A stretch of DNA of 64,000 nt from an uncultured delta proteobacterium (GTDB lineage Bacteria > Desulfobacterota > Zymogenia > Zymogenales > Zymogenaceae). The stretch is taken from contig CAWBYW010000009.1 in the NCBI GenBank assembly GCA_963792965.1, positions 128,001 to 192,000 on the forward strand. The letters are read 5' to 3'. The notes beneath the pieces are model-generated. The model was not told where the DNA came from. It worked only from the letters and a program-made list of their open reading frames with translations, and searched no databases. Position numbers and translations under genes: made by a program. This document shows, piece by piece, positions 10,487 through 21,768 of the stretch (position 1 is its first letter; each line of letters begins with the position of its first letter).

Positions 10487-11872
10487 ATGAAACTCGACTA
10501 CAGGAAGACGTTTCTGCTGGGCTTCGGCTTTTTAGGTGTGAGCGTCGTCTGGACGTTCTATAACAGCTTCGTGCCGATCATCCTCAAGGGGTTCATTGCC
10601 TCCAACGCCCTGATCGGGCTCATCATGACCTTTGACAATATCCTTGCCGTGACGATCCAGCCCATCATCGGGGCCGCCAGCGATAAGACGCGGACAAAGA
10701 TCGGCAGGCGTATGCCGTACCTGCTCATCGGTGCGCCCTTCGCCGCAATCTTTTTCGCCCTTATCCCCGTTGCGCAAACCCTCATGGTGCTCCTTTCCCT
10801 GATCATCCTCATGAATATTTTCATGGCGCTCTTTCGCTCCCCCGTCATCGCGCTCATGCCCGATATCATCCCCTCGCCGCTGAGGAGCAAGGCCAACGGC
10901 GTCATCAACTTCATGGGCGGGGCCGGCGCGCTCATCGCGGTTTTTGCCGGAGGGGCGCTCTTTAACAAGAACCAGGACGTGCCTTTCGTCGCGATCGCCG
11001 CCGTCATGCTGACGGCCATTATCGTCGTCTACCTCACCATCAAGGAGCCCAAGGAGATACCCGCCGAGGCGTCGGAGGATATTTCGTGGAAACTCGTGAA
11101 GGTCTCCACGATCGCCCTCGCGGTCGGGGTGGTATCGTTTCTCCTCCTCAACAGAACCGGCGTCCTGGACTCGTATTTGACGTTTTTCAAGGCGGACGCG
11201 ATCTATCAGGGACATATGCTGATTGCGCTGGCACTGTTTGCCCTCATCGTCTTTTTCACGATCCTCAGGTGGGTCCACAGGAGCACGATATTCATATTCC
11301 TGTCGATCTTTTTCTGGTTCTTCGGGTATAACGCCGTGGAGACCTTCTTCACCCTGTACGGCGTCAACACGCTCGGGCTCAAAGCGGGCACCGCGTCGAT
11401 GATCCTCGGGATCTTCATCATCACGTTCATCGTCTTTGCCATCCCGAGCGGCTTTATCGCCACGAAAATCGGGAGAAAGAAAACGATCATCGCGGGGCTC
11501 TGTCTCCTCATCTTCCCGATGGCGCTTATGGCCTTTACCACGTCCATACACGCGATCATCGCCATCATGTTCGTCTCCGGAATAGGCTGGGCCGCCGTTA
11601 ATATCAACTCCTTCCCGATGATATGGGACATCAGCACGGAAGAGATGCTGGGCACTTACACCGGGCTCTACTATTTCTTCTCGATGCTGGCCCAGACGGT
11701 CTCCCCACCGATCGTGGGGATCTTTATCGATTATAACCGAGGCGACTACCAAACTATGTTCTATATCGTGCCCGCCTTTTTCCTCCTTGCCCTCATCACC
11801 ATGCTCTTCGTGAAAGGGGGAGAGGCAAAGCCGATGACCGCGTCCAAGATTCTTGAGCAAATGGAGGTGTAA
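10487..11872 (+). CDS. MFS transporter (sugar/glycoside, SLC45/MalT-like)
   Basis: GAASDKTRTKIGRRMPY, ALMPD, GTYTGLYYFFS; 12+ TM segments. Confidence 0.85.
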   Translation: MKLDYRKTFLLGFGFLGVSVVWTFYNSFVPIILKGFIASNALIGLIMTFDNILAVTIQPIIGAASDKTRTKIGRRMPYLLIGAPFAAIFFALIPVAQTLMVLLSLIILMNIFMALFRSPVIALMPDIIPSPLRSKANGVINFMGGAGALIAVFAGGALFNKNQDVPFVAIAAVMLTAIIVVYLTIKEPKEIPAEASEDISWKLVKVSTIALAVGVVSFLLLNRTGVLDSYLTFFKADAIYQGHMLIALALFALIVFFTILRWVHRSTIFIFLSIFFWFFGYNAVETFFTLYGVNTLGLKAGTASMILGIFIITFIVFAIPSGFIATKIGRKKTIIAGLCLLIFPMALMAFTTSIHAIIAIMFVSGIGWAAVNINSFPMIWDISTEEMLGTYTGLYYFFSMLAQTVSPPIVGIFIDYNRGDYQTMFYIVPAFFLLALITMLFVKGGEAKPMTASKILEQMEV

Positions 11873-11879
11873 GCGTCCC

Positions 11880-12182
11880 ATGGCCCAACCCAAACAGAAG
11901 ATCACCGTTACCGAGGTCGAATACGTGGCCAGGCTCGCGCGTCTCTCCCTCACGGGAAAGGAGACGGCGCACTATACCGATATCCTCAACGATATCCTGG
12001 CCTATATCGACAAGCTGGGCGAGCTGGACACAAAAAACGTTGAGCCGATGACGCACGCCATTCCCAATGAAAACGTAATGCGCCCAGATGTCGTCTGCCC
12101 GTCTGACGCCGCCTCCGATATCCTCAAGAACGCCCCCGACGCCAAGGGGGCCTTTTTCCGCGTCCCCAAGGTCATTGAGTAG
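11880..12182 (+). CDS. gatC: Asp/Glu-tRNA amidotransferase subunit C
   Basis: [19 protein letters not shown]....FFRVPKVIE. Confidence 0.95.
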   Translation: MAQPKQKITVTEVEYVARLARLSLTGKETAHYTDILNDILAYIDKLGELDTKNVEPMTHAIPNENVMRPDVVCPSDAASDILKNAPDAKGAFFRVPKVIE

Positions 12183-12190
12183 ACGAGACT

Positions 12191-13652
12191 ATGGACATAA
12201 CCGCGCTGACGATCCATGAGCTGAGAGACCTCCTGAAAGAGAGGAAGATAACCTCCGAGGAGGCCACGAAACAATACCTTGGGCGCATCGAGAGGCTTAA
12301 CCCGACGATCAACGCCTACATCACGGTCACAGAAAAGTCCGCACTGGCCGCGGCCAGGGAGGCAGACGCGCGCATTACCGCCGGAAAGACCGGAGCCCTC
12401 CTCGGCGTACCCCTGGCCGTCAAGGACGTCATCTGTACCAAGGGGGTCCGTACCACCTGCGCATCGAAGATCCTCCATAACTACATCCCCCCCTACGACG
12501 CGGCCGTGGTAGAGAAGCTCAGGGACGCGGGGGCGGTCATCCTCGGCAAGACCAACATGGATGAGTTCGCCATGGGCTCCTCGACGGAGTCCTCCCATTT
12601 CGGCCCGACCAAGAACCCCTATAATCTCGACTATATCCCCGGCGGATCGAGCGGCGGGTCCGCGGCGGCCATAGCTGCCGACCTTGCCGCCGGCGCCTTC
12701 GGATCGGACACGGGCGGCTCCATCCGCCAGCCCGCCTCCTATTCCGGCATCGTGGGCCTCAAGCCGACCTACGGGCGGGTGAGCCGCTACGGTCTGGTCG
12801 CCTACGCGTCGTCCCTTGACCAGATCGGGCCGATGACCAAAGACGTGGCCGATACCGCCATTCTCCTCTCCGTCATCTCCGGACACGATCGGAGGGACTC
12901 CACCTCGCTCGCGGTTCCCGTGCCGGATTTTTCGGCGTCTCTCACGGGTGACGTCTCCGGGATGAAGATCGGCATCTCGAAAGAATATTTCGGCGAGGGG
13001 CTCGATCCCGAGGTCAAAGGCCGGGTGATGGACGCCGTCGCCGTACTCGAGAGAGGCGGCGCGCAGGTAGTCGAAGTCACGCTGCCCCATACGGAGTATG
13101 CGCTGGCCTGCTACTATATCATCGCCCCGTCGGAGGCAAGCTCAAACCTTGCCCGCTACGACGGCGTCAGGTACGGCCTCAGGGAGGTGGACCCGGACGA
13201 CGGGATGATCGACATGTTCACGCGCTCGCGCTCGTCCGGATTCGGGGCGGAGGTGAAGCGCAGGATCATGCTGGGCACCTACGCCCTGTCGGCCGGCTAC
13301 TATGACGCATACTACAAGAAGGCCCTCCAGGTCCGCCGGCTCATCCGGGACGATTTTGACCGGGCCTTTTCCGCGGCCGACGTCATCGCCTGTCCCGCGG
13401 CGCCGACACCGGCGTATCGGATTGGTGAAAAGATCGCCGATCCCCTCTCGATGTACCTCGGCGACATCTACACGGTGACGGCCAACCTCGCCGGCATACC
13501 GGGGATCTCGGTGCCGGTTGGGATGAGCGCCGCCGGGCTCCCCATCGGACTGCAGCTTCTCGGAAAACCCCTCGGAGAGCCCGAGATACTCAGGGCCGCC
13601 CACTACGTCCAGACCCACCAAACGGTACAGCTCCCCGAAGCCGAGGCTATAG
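12191..13652 (+). CDS. gatA: Asp/Glu-tRNA amidotransferase subunit A (reads to 13747 as given; probable extra C near 13635, true end LPKPRL* at 13652)
   Basis: [49 protein letters not shown]. Confidence 0.95.
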
Positions 13653-14017
13653 CGCAACGAAGCGAACACATCCGCTCGGACAGCGCGGACGGGTTGCAGG
13701 TAGCCTGTCCGGAATCGAGCGGACACGGGGGGCTGCGCTTCCCGTGACGCCGGCCCGGCGCCGGCGTACATGGCGTCGTCTGACGTGATGGTTTCCTTGC
13801 ATTGTGCAAGGAACTCTTGACGCCCGCTGCCCCATCGAGCCGTCCTTTCTCGCCCGAGGCGGCGTAGGCGACGGTGCCCTTCCTGTACGGGTCGCAACTG
13901 ACAACCGTACATAACTAATTAAAAAAGATTAATGATATCGTTATAAGAAAAACGTAACAGGTACGTTTAAATCTGCTATAATTTCCCGAACAACACGAGA
14001 ATACGGGATTGGTGAAT

Positions 14018-15449
14018 ATGAATTATCAGGCGGTGATCGGCCTTGAGGTCCACGCCCAGATGTTGACGGCCTCAAAGATATTCTGCGGCTGTTCCACGAA
14101 GTTCGGCGCCGATCCGAATTCCTCTATTTGTCCGGTCTGCACGGCACAGCCCGGGGTGTTGCCCGTCCTCAACAAAAAGGTAGTGGAATTCGCCGTGAAG
14201 ACGGCCCTGGCCACCCACGGTGAGGTTGCGGACCGCTCATGGTTTGCCAGAAAAAACTACTTCTATCCCGACCTCCCCAAAGGCTATCAGATTTCCCAGT
14301 ATGAATTTCCCCTGGCCAAGGGCGGCTACATCGAGATCGAGACCGGCGGAGTCGCAAAAAAGGTCGGCCTCATCCGCATCCACATGGAAGAGGACGCCGG
14401 GAAGCTTCTGCACGATGAGCGCGCCCCGCACAGCTACGTGGACCTCAACCGAACGGGCGTGCCGCTGATGGAAATCGTCTCCGAGCCCGATATCAATAGT
14501 CCTCAGGAGGCGGGGGCCTATCTGAGGAAGCTCAGGAGCATTCTCAGGTACCTCGAGGTCTGCGACGGCAACATGGAGGAGGGGAGCTTCCGCTGCGACG
14601 CCAACGTGTCCGTGATGCCGGAAGGCTCAAAGGAGCTCGGCACACGCACCGAGCTCAAGAACATGAACTCGTTCAAGAACGTCGAGAAAGCGCTCGACTA
14701 CGAGATCGTCAGACAGACCAAAGTCCTCAATGAGGGCGGCAAGGTCATCCAGGAGACCCGCCTCTGGAATGACGCGAGAGACATCACCGAGTCGATGCGA
14801 TCAAAAGAGGAGGCTCACGATTATCGCTATTTCCCCGACCCCGACCTCGTAGCGCTCGTGGTCGATTCGGCGTGGATAGAAGAGATCAGGAAAGGGCTCC
14901 CGGAGCTCCCCGACCAGAAGGTGGCCCGGTTCGTCCATGACTACGGGATTCCGCGATACGACGCGGAAGTTCTCTCGGCCGAGAAGGAGATGGCCGATTA
15001 CTTCGAGGAGGTCGTTCGGTACAGGGCGCCCGCAAAACAGGCCTCAAACTGGATCATGACGGAGCTGATGCGCGAGCTCAAGGAAGCCAGGCGCGACATC
15101 ACCGAAGTCCCCGATCTCCGCCGAGGCGCTGGCCCAGATGATCCTTCTGATCGAGTCGGGAACCATCAGCGGTAAGATCGCCAAGACCGTCTTTGCCGAG
15201 ATGGCAAAGACGGGAAAAGCGGCGGGTGAGATCGTCAAGGGACAAGGGCTCACCCAGATCTCCGATCCGGCCGAGATCGAGGCGGTCGCGCGCAGGGTCA
15301 TCAAGGCATTCCCCAAGGAGACGACCGACTACAGGGCAGGAAAGGAAAAGCTGCTCGCCTTTTTCGTCGGCCAGGTCATGAAGGAGACCAAGGGGAAGGC
15401 CAACCCGCAGCTCGTCAATGAGCTGCTCCAGAAGGTCTTGAAAGAGTGA
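14018..15449 (+). CDS. gatB: Asp/Glu-tRNA amidotransferase subunit B (frameshift near 15103 splits off the YqeY-like tail)
   Basis: [45 protein letters not shown]; ORF 15138-15449 [16 protein letters not shown]. Confidence 0.95.
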
Positions 15450-15682
15450 GGTCGCAACCGACGTCCGCCCGTATGGAACCTCGGCGTGTGATACGAGTCA
15501 TACTCTTCTTAAGGTAAAGGGATTATTCTTGCGATGAAAAATAGAGCCGGATTTTACGGCACCGTCCCCATCTGGGGCCGCCGGGCCGGGTGGCCGACAG
15601 CATTGGCAGAAGATCTTTTTTAGCGTAACCATCACGCGGTTCGCAACGCCCTGAAGGGCGACGGCCGCGCCTCCCGCATACC

Positions 15683-17176
15683 ATGACAAAAAGAGCAAGA
15701 ATCGCACTCATCATTGCCTGCTGCTGCGTCATCTGTGTCGTCTTGTTTCTCACCTTCATCCCCAGGGTGATCAACACGACCGCCTACCGCAACAGCGCTG
15801 CCGACTGGCTCACGGCACGGCTCAGCCGTGTCGTTACCATCGGCGACCTCAGGCTTTCCATCATTACCGGACCTAAGATTATCCTGAGGGATCTTACGAT
15901 TCAGGACGACCCCGCTTTTTCACGGGAGCCGTTTCTTTCCGCCCGCGAGGTCGTCATCTCCGTCAGGCCGATCCCGCTCCTGTCGGGTAGGATCGTCGTG
16001 CGCGGCGTTGTGATTAAGAAGCCTGTATTATCGGTCATCGAAAAAGACGATTCATCCCTTAACGTCGCGACGCTCACGCTATATCAGGCCAAGGGTCCTT
16101 CGGGCACGATCCTGAAGACCAACCTCTTTGAGCTCCCGATTCCTTCCCTTGCCGATAACGGTCCCATGGTGCAGGAAATCGACATCAAAGACGCCGACGT
16201 AATCTACTCCCGAATCAGTGCCGATAAGACTTTCGACGAGCTCCTCCGCCTCAAGGGGATGGATATCGAGATCAAGAACATCGAGGCGACCCGTACCGTG
16301 GCGACCGAAAGGATCGCTCAACCGTCGATTCCTCTTTCCGGGGACGTCTCGCTGACGATATCGACCGGATTTGTCAAGGGATTCCCCTTCGATAACATGG
16401 AGGTCGCCGGCACGATCAAGGACGATACCCTGAGAGTCGACGAGATGAGCACGGAGCTCTTCGGGGGCTCGCTTTCCGCCAACGGCTACGTCGATCTCTC
16501 GCGGGTCAACAAGGGCATGGTTATCAACGCCGAGCTTTCCAACGTCGTGGCCAACAAGCTCATCTCCATCATCCGGAAGGACGAAAATTCCTGCTTCGGC
16601 ATGCTGAACTTCGAGGGGACATTTACCGCCAAAGGAAAGACGACGGGTGAGATGATAGACAATATCTCAGGAGAAGGTCTGATTCGGGTCGAGGACGGCC
16701 ACATCCCGTCTTTCAATATCAGGACCGAGCTCAGCGCCCTGGGCCTCATCCCCAACAAAGGGATCTCCGATATGCTCGACACGAGCTTTTCCATCATCGG
16801 GGGAAGCTTCGTTCTCTCGGGTAATAAATTCGTAACCTCGAAGCTTGCCATCAAAGCCGAGGAGTGGGACGCCATCGCCAAAGGTGAGGTCGACCTTTCG
16901 GGGGCCGTCGATTTTTCGGGCGACATGTTCCTCTCCAGCGCGATGTCGCTGGATATTAAGCCGGAGTACCTCACCTCCATGCTGCACAATCAGACGGGGA
17001 GGCTCTCCCTGCCCTTCAACATCACCGGTAACGTCCAAAGCCTCGAATTCCTGCTGCGTCCGGAGTTCCTGACCGAAAAAGACGCCGACGAAATATTCGA
17101 TGAATTCAAGCGGGAGATCACGGATAAATATAAGGAAGGCTACTCCATCAAGTTCATAAATCGAATCTCGTTTTAA
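15683..17176 (+). CDS. AsmA-family protein
   Basis: N-terminal TM anchor, L.R.V.IGDL.LSI, DDPAFS.EPF, beta-rich body. Confidence 0.75.
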   Translation: MTKRARIALIIACCCVICVVLFLTFIPRVINTTAYRNSAADWLTARLSRVVTIGDLRLSIITGPKIILRDLTIQDDPAFSREPFLSAREVVISVRPIPLLSGRIVVRGVVIKKPVLSVIEKDDSSLNVATLTLYQAKGPSGTILKTNLFELPIPSLADNGPMVQEIDIKDADVIYSRISADKTFDELLRLKGMDIEIKNIEATRTVATERIAQPSIPLSGDVSLTISTGFVKGFPFDNMEVAGTIKDDTLRVDEMSTELFGGSLSANGYVDLSRVNKGMVINAELSNVVANKLISIIRKDENSCFGMLNFEGTFTAKGKTTGEMIDNISGEGLIRVEDGHIPSFNIRTELSALGLIPNKGISDMLDTSFSIIGGSFVLSGNKFVTSKLAIKAEEWDAIAKGEVDLSGAVDFSGDMFLSSAMSLDIKPEYLTSMLHNQTGRLSLPFNITGNVQSLEFLLRPEFLTEKDADEIFDEFKREITDKYKEGYSIKFINRISF

Positions 17177-17187
17177 TTCCTCACGAT

Positions 17188-18261
<1,074 letters not shown>

Positions 18262-18391
18262 GGGGTAATTTACGGTAAAAAATACACGATGATAATAAAA
18301 ACTGTTGAGTTTTTGTCACAAATCTCATATGATAGGGTGTGTATGAACGCTCGATCTGTCTTTTGTTGAACCTCAACTAACTTGTGATTTC

Positions 18392-19777
18392 GTGGGCTGG
18401 TTAAAAGATACAATCCTCGCTATAGTGCCCTTCTCCCGGGACCAAAAAAAGGGGAGAGACAGACAGCCTTCCCCATACCGGGAAGTCCAACCGGTAATCC
18501 TTTCCCGTGATAAACACCCGATATCCCGAAGAAACATCGATCCCGATGCCCTCAAGGTCATGTACCGCCTCTATAATCACGGGCACAAGGCTTATCTCGT
18601 CGGAGGTGGGGTCCGCGACCTGTTGCTGGGTAAAAACCCCAAGGATTATGACGTGGGGACAGACGCCAACCCGAAGGAAATCCGGCGGCTCTTCACCAAC
18701 AGCATGATTATCGGCCGCCGATTCAAGATCGTCCATATCAGGTTCAGAAACAACAAGATCATTGAAGTGACGACCTTCAGACGTAAGGGCGACCAGGACG
18801 AGTCGAGGCCGGGGCTGCCGATGCTCAGGGACAACACGTTCGGCACTGAGCAGGAAGACGCCTTTCGCCGCGATATCACGATCAATGGGCTCTTCTACAA
18901 CATCGAGAACTACACGATCATCGATTACGTCGGGGGCCTGGACGATCTCAAAAACAAGGTTATCCGGATCATCGGCGAGCCGAGGACCCGAATCACGGAG
19001 GATCCGGTCCGTATCATCCGCGCCATACGGCACGCCGCCCGCACCGGCTTCGGCATCGAGGAACGGACCGATCAGGCCATTCGGGAGCTCTTCGGAAACC
19101 TCGCCCACTGCTCGCCCGCACGACTCCACGAGGAGCTCATCAAGGAGCTCAAGGGCGGATATTCAGGAAAAACCCTCAGGTACTTCAGGGACTACGGCAT
19201 CCTGAGCGTGCTCTTCCCCGAAATCCAGGATGCGACCGAAAAGCACGACATCACCCGTGACCAGTTCTACCGGTGTCTGGAGCTGCTGGACGCGCTCACC
19301 CGGTCGGGAAGGGAGTTCTCCATTCCCTTCCTCTTCTCTGTCCCCCTGATCCCCGTCGTGATCTCGCTGATCGACCACGCCACCGCCGGGGCGGAGGGGA
19401 AGACGCCGGATGTCCCGCGGATCATCCAGGAATCCCTGGTCCGGTCGCTGGCCAGGGTCGGGGTATCCAAGCGTAATATCGACACGATGCGCCACCTCCT
19501 CTTCTTAAACTGGAAGATGTTCAGGATGATCGACCGCGGCTACATCCCCGCGGTCCTGAGGGGAAAGACGCATTTTACCGAGGCCTTTGATCTTCTCTCG
19601 ATCACCGCCAAGGCGTATGGCTACTTCCCCGAGGCGCCCTGGCCACCCGGACCGGAGGGGCTGGAGCCGTTGAGAAGGCTTATCCGATCCCCCAGGAGGA
19701 GGCACGGCCCACGACACCACAGGAGGCAAGGACCTCCCCGCCCGAGCGTTGAAAGGGGCCGGCCGGGCCGAAAGTGA
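18392..19777 (+). CDS. pcnB: Poly(A) polymerase I (PcnB)
   Basis: LVGGGVRDLL..PKDYDV, IIGRRF.IVH PAP signature, EDAFRRDITIN, EDPVR; Arg-rich tail. Confidence 0.9.
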   Translation: MGWLKDTILAIVPFSRDQKKGRDRQPSPYREVQPVILSRDKHPISRRNIDPDALKVMYRLYNHGHKAYLVGGGVRDLLLGKNPKDYDVGTDANPKEIRRLFTNSMIIGRRFKIVHIRFRNNKIIEVTTFRRKGDQDESRPGLPMLRDNTFGTEQEDAFRRDITINGLFYNIENYTIIDYVGGLDDLKNKVIRIIGEPRTRITEDPVRIIRAIRHAARTGFGIEERTDQAIRELFGNLAHCSPARLHEELIKELKGGYSGKTLRYFRDYGILSVLFPEIQDATEKHDITRDQFYRCLELLDALTRSGREFSIPFLFSVPLIPVVISLIDHATAGAEGKTPDVPRIIQESLVRSLARVGVSKRNIDTMRHLLFLNWKMFRMIDRGYIPAVLRGKTHFTEAFDLLSITAKAYGYFPEAPWPPGPEGLEPLRRLIRSPRRRHGPRHHRRQGPPRPSVERGRPGRK

Positions 19778-19830
19778 CGTGCCTTCACGGCGTTCGAGTG
19801 AAAGAAAGCGAGACCACGCCTCATCTCTTC

Positions 19831-19860
19831 TTGCTTTTTTCCAAGAGTCGGAACTATAAT
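19831..19860 (+). promoter_or_regulatory. Sigma70 promoter of tRNA-Pro
   Basis: TTGCTT-N18-TATAAT, 8 nt before the tRNA. Confidence 0.6.
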
Positions 19861-19868
19861 GGGACGAT

Positions 19869-19946
<78 letters not shown>

Positions 19947-19958
19947 TTTATGTAATAA

Positions 19959-19971
19959 TATCAATAGCTTA
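19959..19971 (+). promoter_or_regulatory. IHF-binding site adjacent to att core
   Basis: TATCAATAGCTTA matches WATCAANNNNTTR; degenerate counterpart just after 33313. Confidence 0.55.
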
Positions 19972-20010
19972 TAAAACGGCTCTTATGCTGGATTTTATTG
20001 ATACGAAGAC

Positions 20011-20110
20011 TGTTACATACACCAGGGAATGCTAGGGAATTTCAGGGCATCATAGGGAAAGCTGGGGAATTGTAACTACAGTGAGGTCTGTCTAATATCG
20101 TCATGACTAC
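20011..20110 (+). repeat. att-arm-like block with five 10-bp-phased repeats (copy A)
   Basis: TGTTACATAC then accagggaat gctagggaat ttcagggcat catagggaaa gctggggaat; colinear and ungapped with 33165-33264. Confidence 0.8.
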
Positions 20111-20166
20111 CTGTGCGGTGAGACAGGGAGGCATAGCCTCGGACTTCTAATAATACACCGAGGCAT

Positions 20167-20337
20167 ATGACATCCCTCTTTCTCTTCTCCTTCGCCGTCC
20201 GCTTCCTCAATAGCACCAACATCCTCGCCAAGCTGAAACAACTTCTGGGTCACTCCACCATCAGGAGTACCGAGCATTATTTGAAGTACACCGTCGAGGA
20301 TATTCGGGAGGAGTTTGCCGAGGCGTTTTGGTGGTGA
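20167..20337 (+). pseudogene. C-terminal relic of a tyrosine recombinase/integrase
   Basis: SFAVRFL...LKQLLGHSTIRSTEHY box II motif with catalytic H and Y; N-terminal domains and RH missing. Confidence 0.8.
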
Positions 20338-20423
20338 AAAGAGAACTTGAAACTTCCAGAGCCAATACGTTCAAATCCCCCTTACTATTTCTGCGGCATG
20401 TCAGCATATTTTAAATTGAGATA

Positions 20424-21587
20424 TCAGGCCTTCTTTTTCCCTCCTCCGATAAACTCATACTTGATCGCGTCCACCGGACAGACGTTGAGGCAACGCGCAC
20501 AACTGAAGCAGTCGGCGGGGAGCTTCTTTCTCTCAACCCTACCCTGAGCAGCCTCGCTCGGGCAGGCCCGGATGCAGTTACCGCACTCGGTGCAGATGTC
20601 ATGATCTACCCTGACGCGGTAGAGGCTGACTCGCTCCGCGATCCAGGATAAGAATCCAAACGGGCAGATAAACTGACAGAACGGGCGGTATATGACCAGG
20701 CCCAAAAGGAGAACAACGACAACGGTGATCAGGATTGATAATCCCTCAAACTCATAGTTAAAGAGGTTGAAAGGATTCAGCCAGTGATAGATGACGAATC
20801 CCCTATTGCCCCCGATGATGCCGAAGAGCACGAAGAGTGTTAGGATGAAGAGCCCTCCCCTGACCGAGTTGGAAACCCAGAAAGGTATTTTATACCGCTT
20901 GGCTCTTTTCAGCCAGGGGATGCTGTAGATGAGCTCTGTCAGACCGCCGAAGGGGCATGCCCAGCCGCAGACCAGCTTGTTGCCAACGATGGCAAGCCCG
21001 ATGAAAAAGAAAAAAGCCGCAGTGCTCGCCAGAGTGTCCGGATACAGCCCCACCATCGTCTTCAAGAACTGTACTACTCCCTGCATCGGATTTGGCGATT
21101 TTCCCAGAACGAATCCTAGGACAATCGTGGCCAGAAAGACGGGAACGAGATATCCCAGCCGGGGATACCATATCTTTCTCCGCTCGATCCCGGCCTTCTC
21201 TGGCCGTCCGATCTTGACGAGAAATAGCCAGCCCCATAAGACAATCGCCCCATAGAGATAGTACTTCAGCGTGGACTTCGCGTGGCCCATGAGATGTTTT
21301 CCGGCACCACGAAGTCTCACCTCCGTAACACCGAGTTGCCACATCGGCACGTTCTTGGGGGCGCCCAGCGCCAGTCCCAATTCCTTTGCCATGGCGCTCC
21401 CGGTGACTCCAAAGGCGGGCACTGTCTCTTTCAGGGTCATGTCGAGGGTCACTCGGCCGTCTCCCCGATTGGGAACGGCAGTCCCAAAGAAGAGCCCGAG
21501 GAGGATCAGGATAATGATCGAGACAAGACCGACCACGGCCCATACCCGTTGTCTCCGAGACAGGGATGACAGAAATTCACGATACAT
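20424..21587 (-). CDS. Membrane 4Fe-4S binding protein (NapH/RdxB-like)
   Basis: CGWACPFG, FCQFICPFG, two C-terminal CxxCxxCxxxCP motifs, multiple TM. Confidence 0.85.
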   Translation of the reverse strand: MYREFLSSLSRRQRVWAVVGLVSIIILILLGLFFGTAVPNRGDGRVTLDMTLKETVPAFGVTGSAMAKELGLALGAPKNVPMWQLGVTEVRLRGAGKHLMGHAKSTLKYYLYGAIVLWGWLFLVKIGRPEKAGIERRKIWYPRLGYLVPVFLATIVLGFVLGKSPNPMQGVVQFLKTMVGLYPDTLASTAAFFFFIGLAIVGNKLVCGWACPFGGLTELIYSIPWLKRAKRYKIPFWVSNSVRGGLFILTLFVLFGIIGGNRGFVIYHWLNPFNLFNYEFEGLSILITVVVVLLLGLVIYRPFCQFICPFGFLSWIAERVSLYRVRVDHDICTECGNCIRACPSEAAQGRVERKKLPADCFSCARCLNVCPVDAIKYEFIGGGKKKA

Positions 21588-21768
21588 CTCTATTTTCTCT
21601 TATAACATATTTAAGATATAGCTCAGTGGATCAATTGGAGCACCGTTAGCTCTAACTCTATAATGGGGATGGGGTCCAATACATCTCCCGGTGCATCCGA
21701 CTGTTCCGATCTTGCCCCATTCTCGACCCTACCGCACTCGCGAACCGGCATGGTATTCTCTATTGTTC

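Noticed and set aside
10532-11953. Long antisense/overlapping ORFs (e.g. 10532-11953, 45690-47138, 55331-56575)
   Set aside because: Shadow frames of GC-rich genes with no recognisable motifs or RBS
13630-13747. Novel C-terminal extension of GatA
   Set aside because: Removing one C gives a normal-length end LPKPRL* at 13652, consistent with the local indel pattern
15100-15449. Naturally split GatB or programmed frameshift
   Set aside because: No slippery heptamer seen; a single extra base restores [11 protein letters not shown], and neighbouring genes show similar errors
20021-20070. Periodic repeats as a CRISPR or mini-array
   Set aside because: Period is only 10 bp with no spacers, and there are no cas genes in the window; context fits att-arm protein-binding sites
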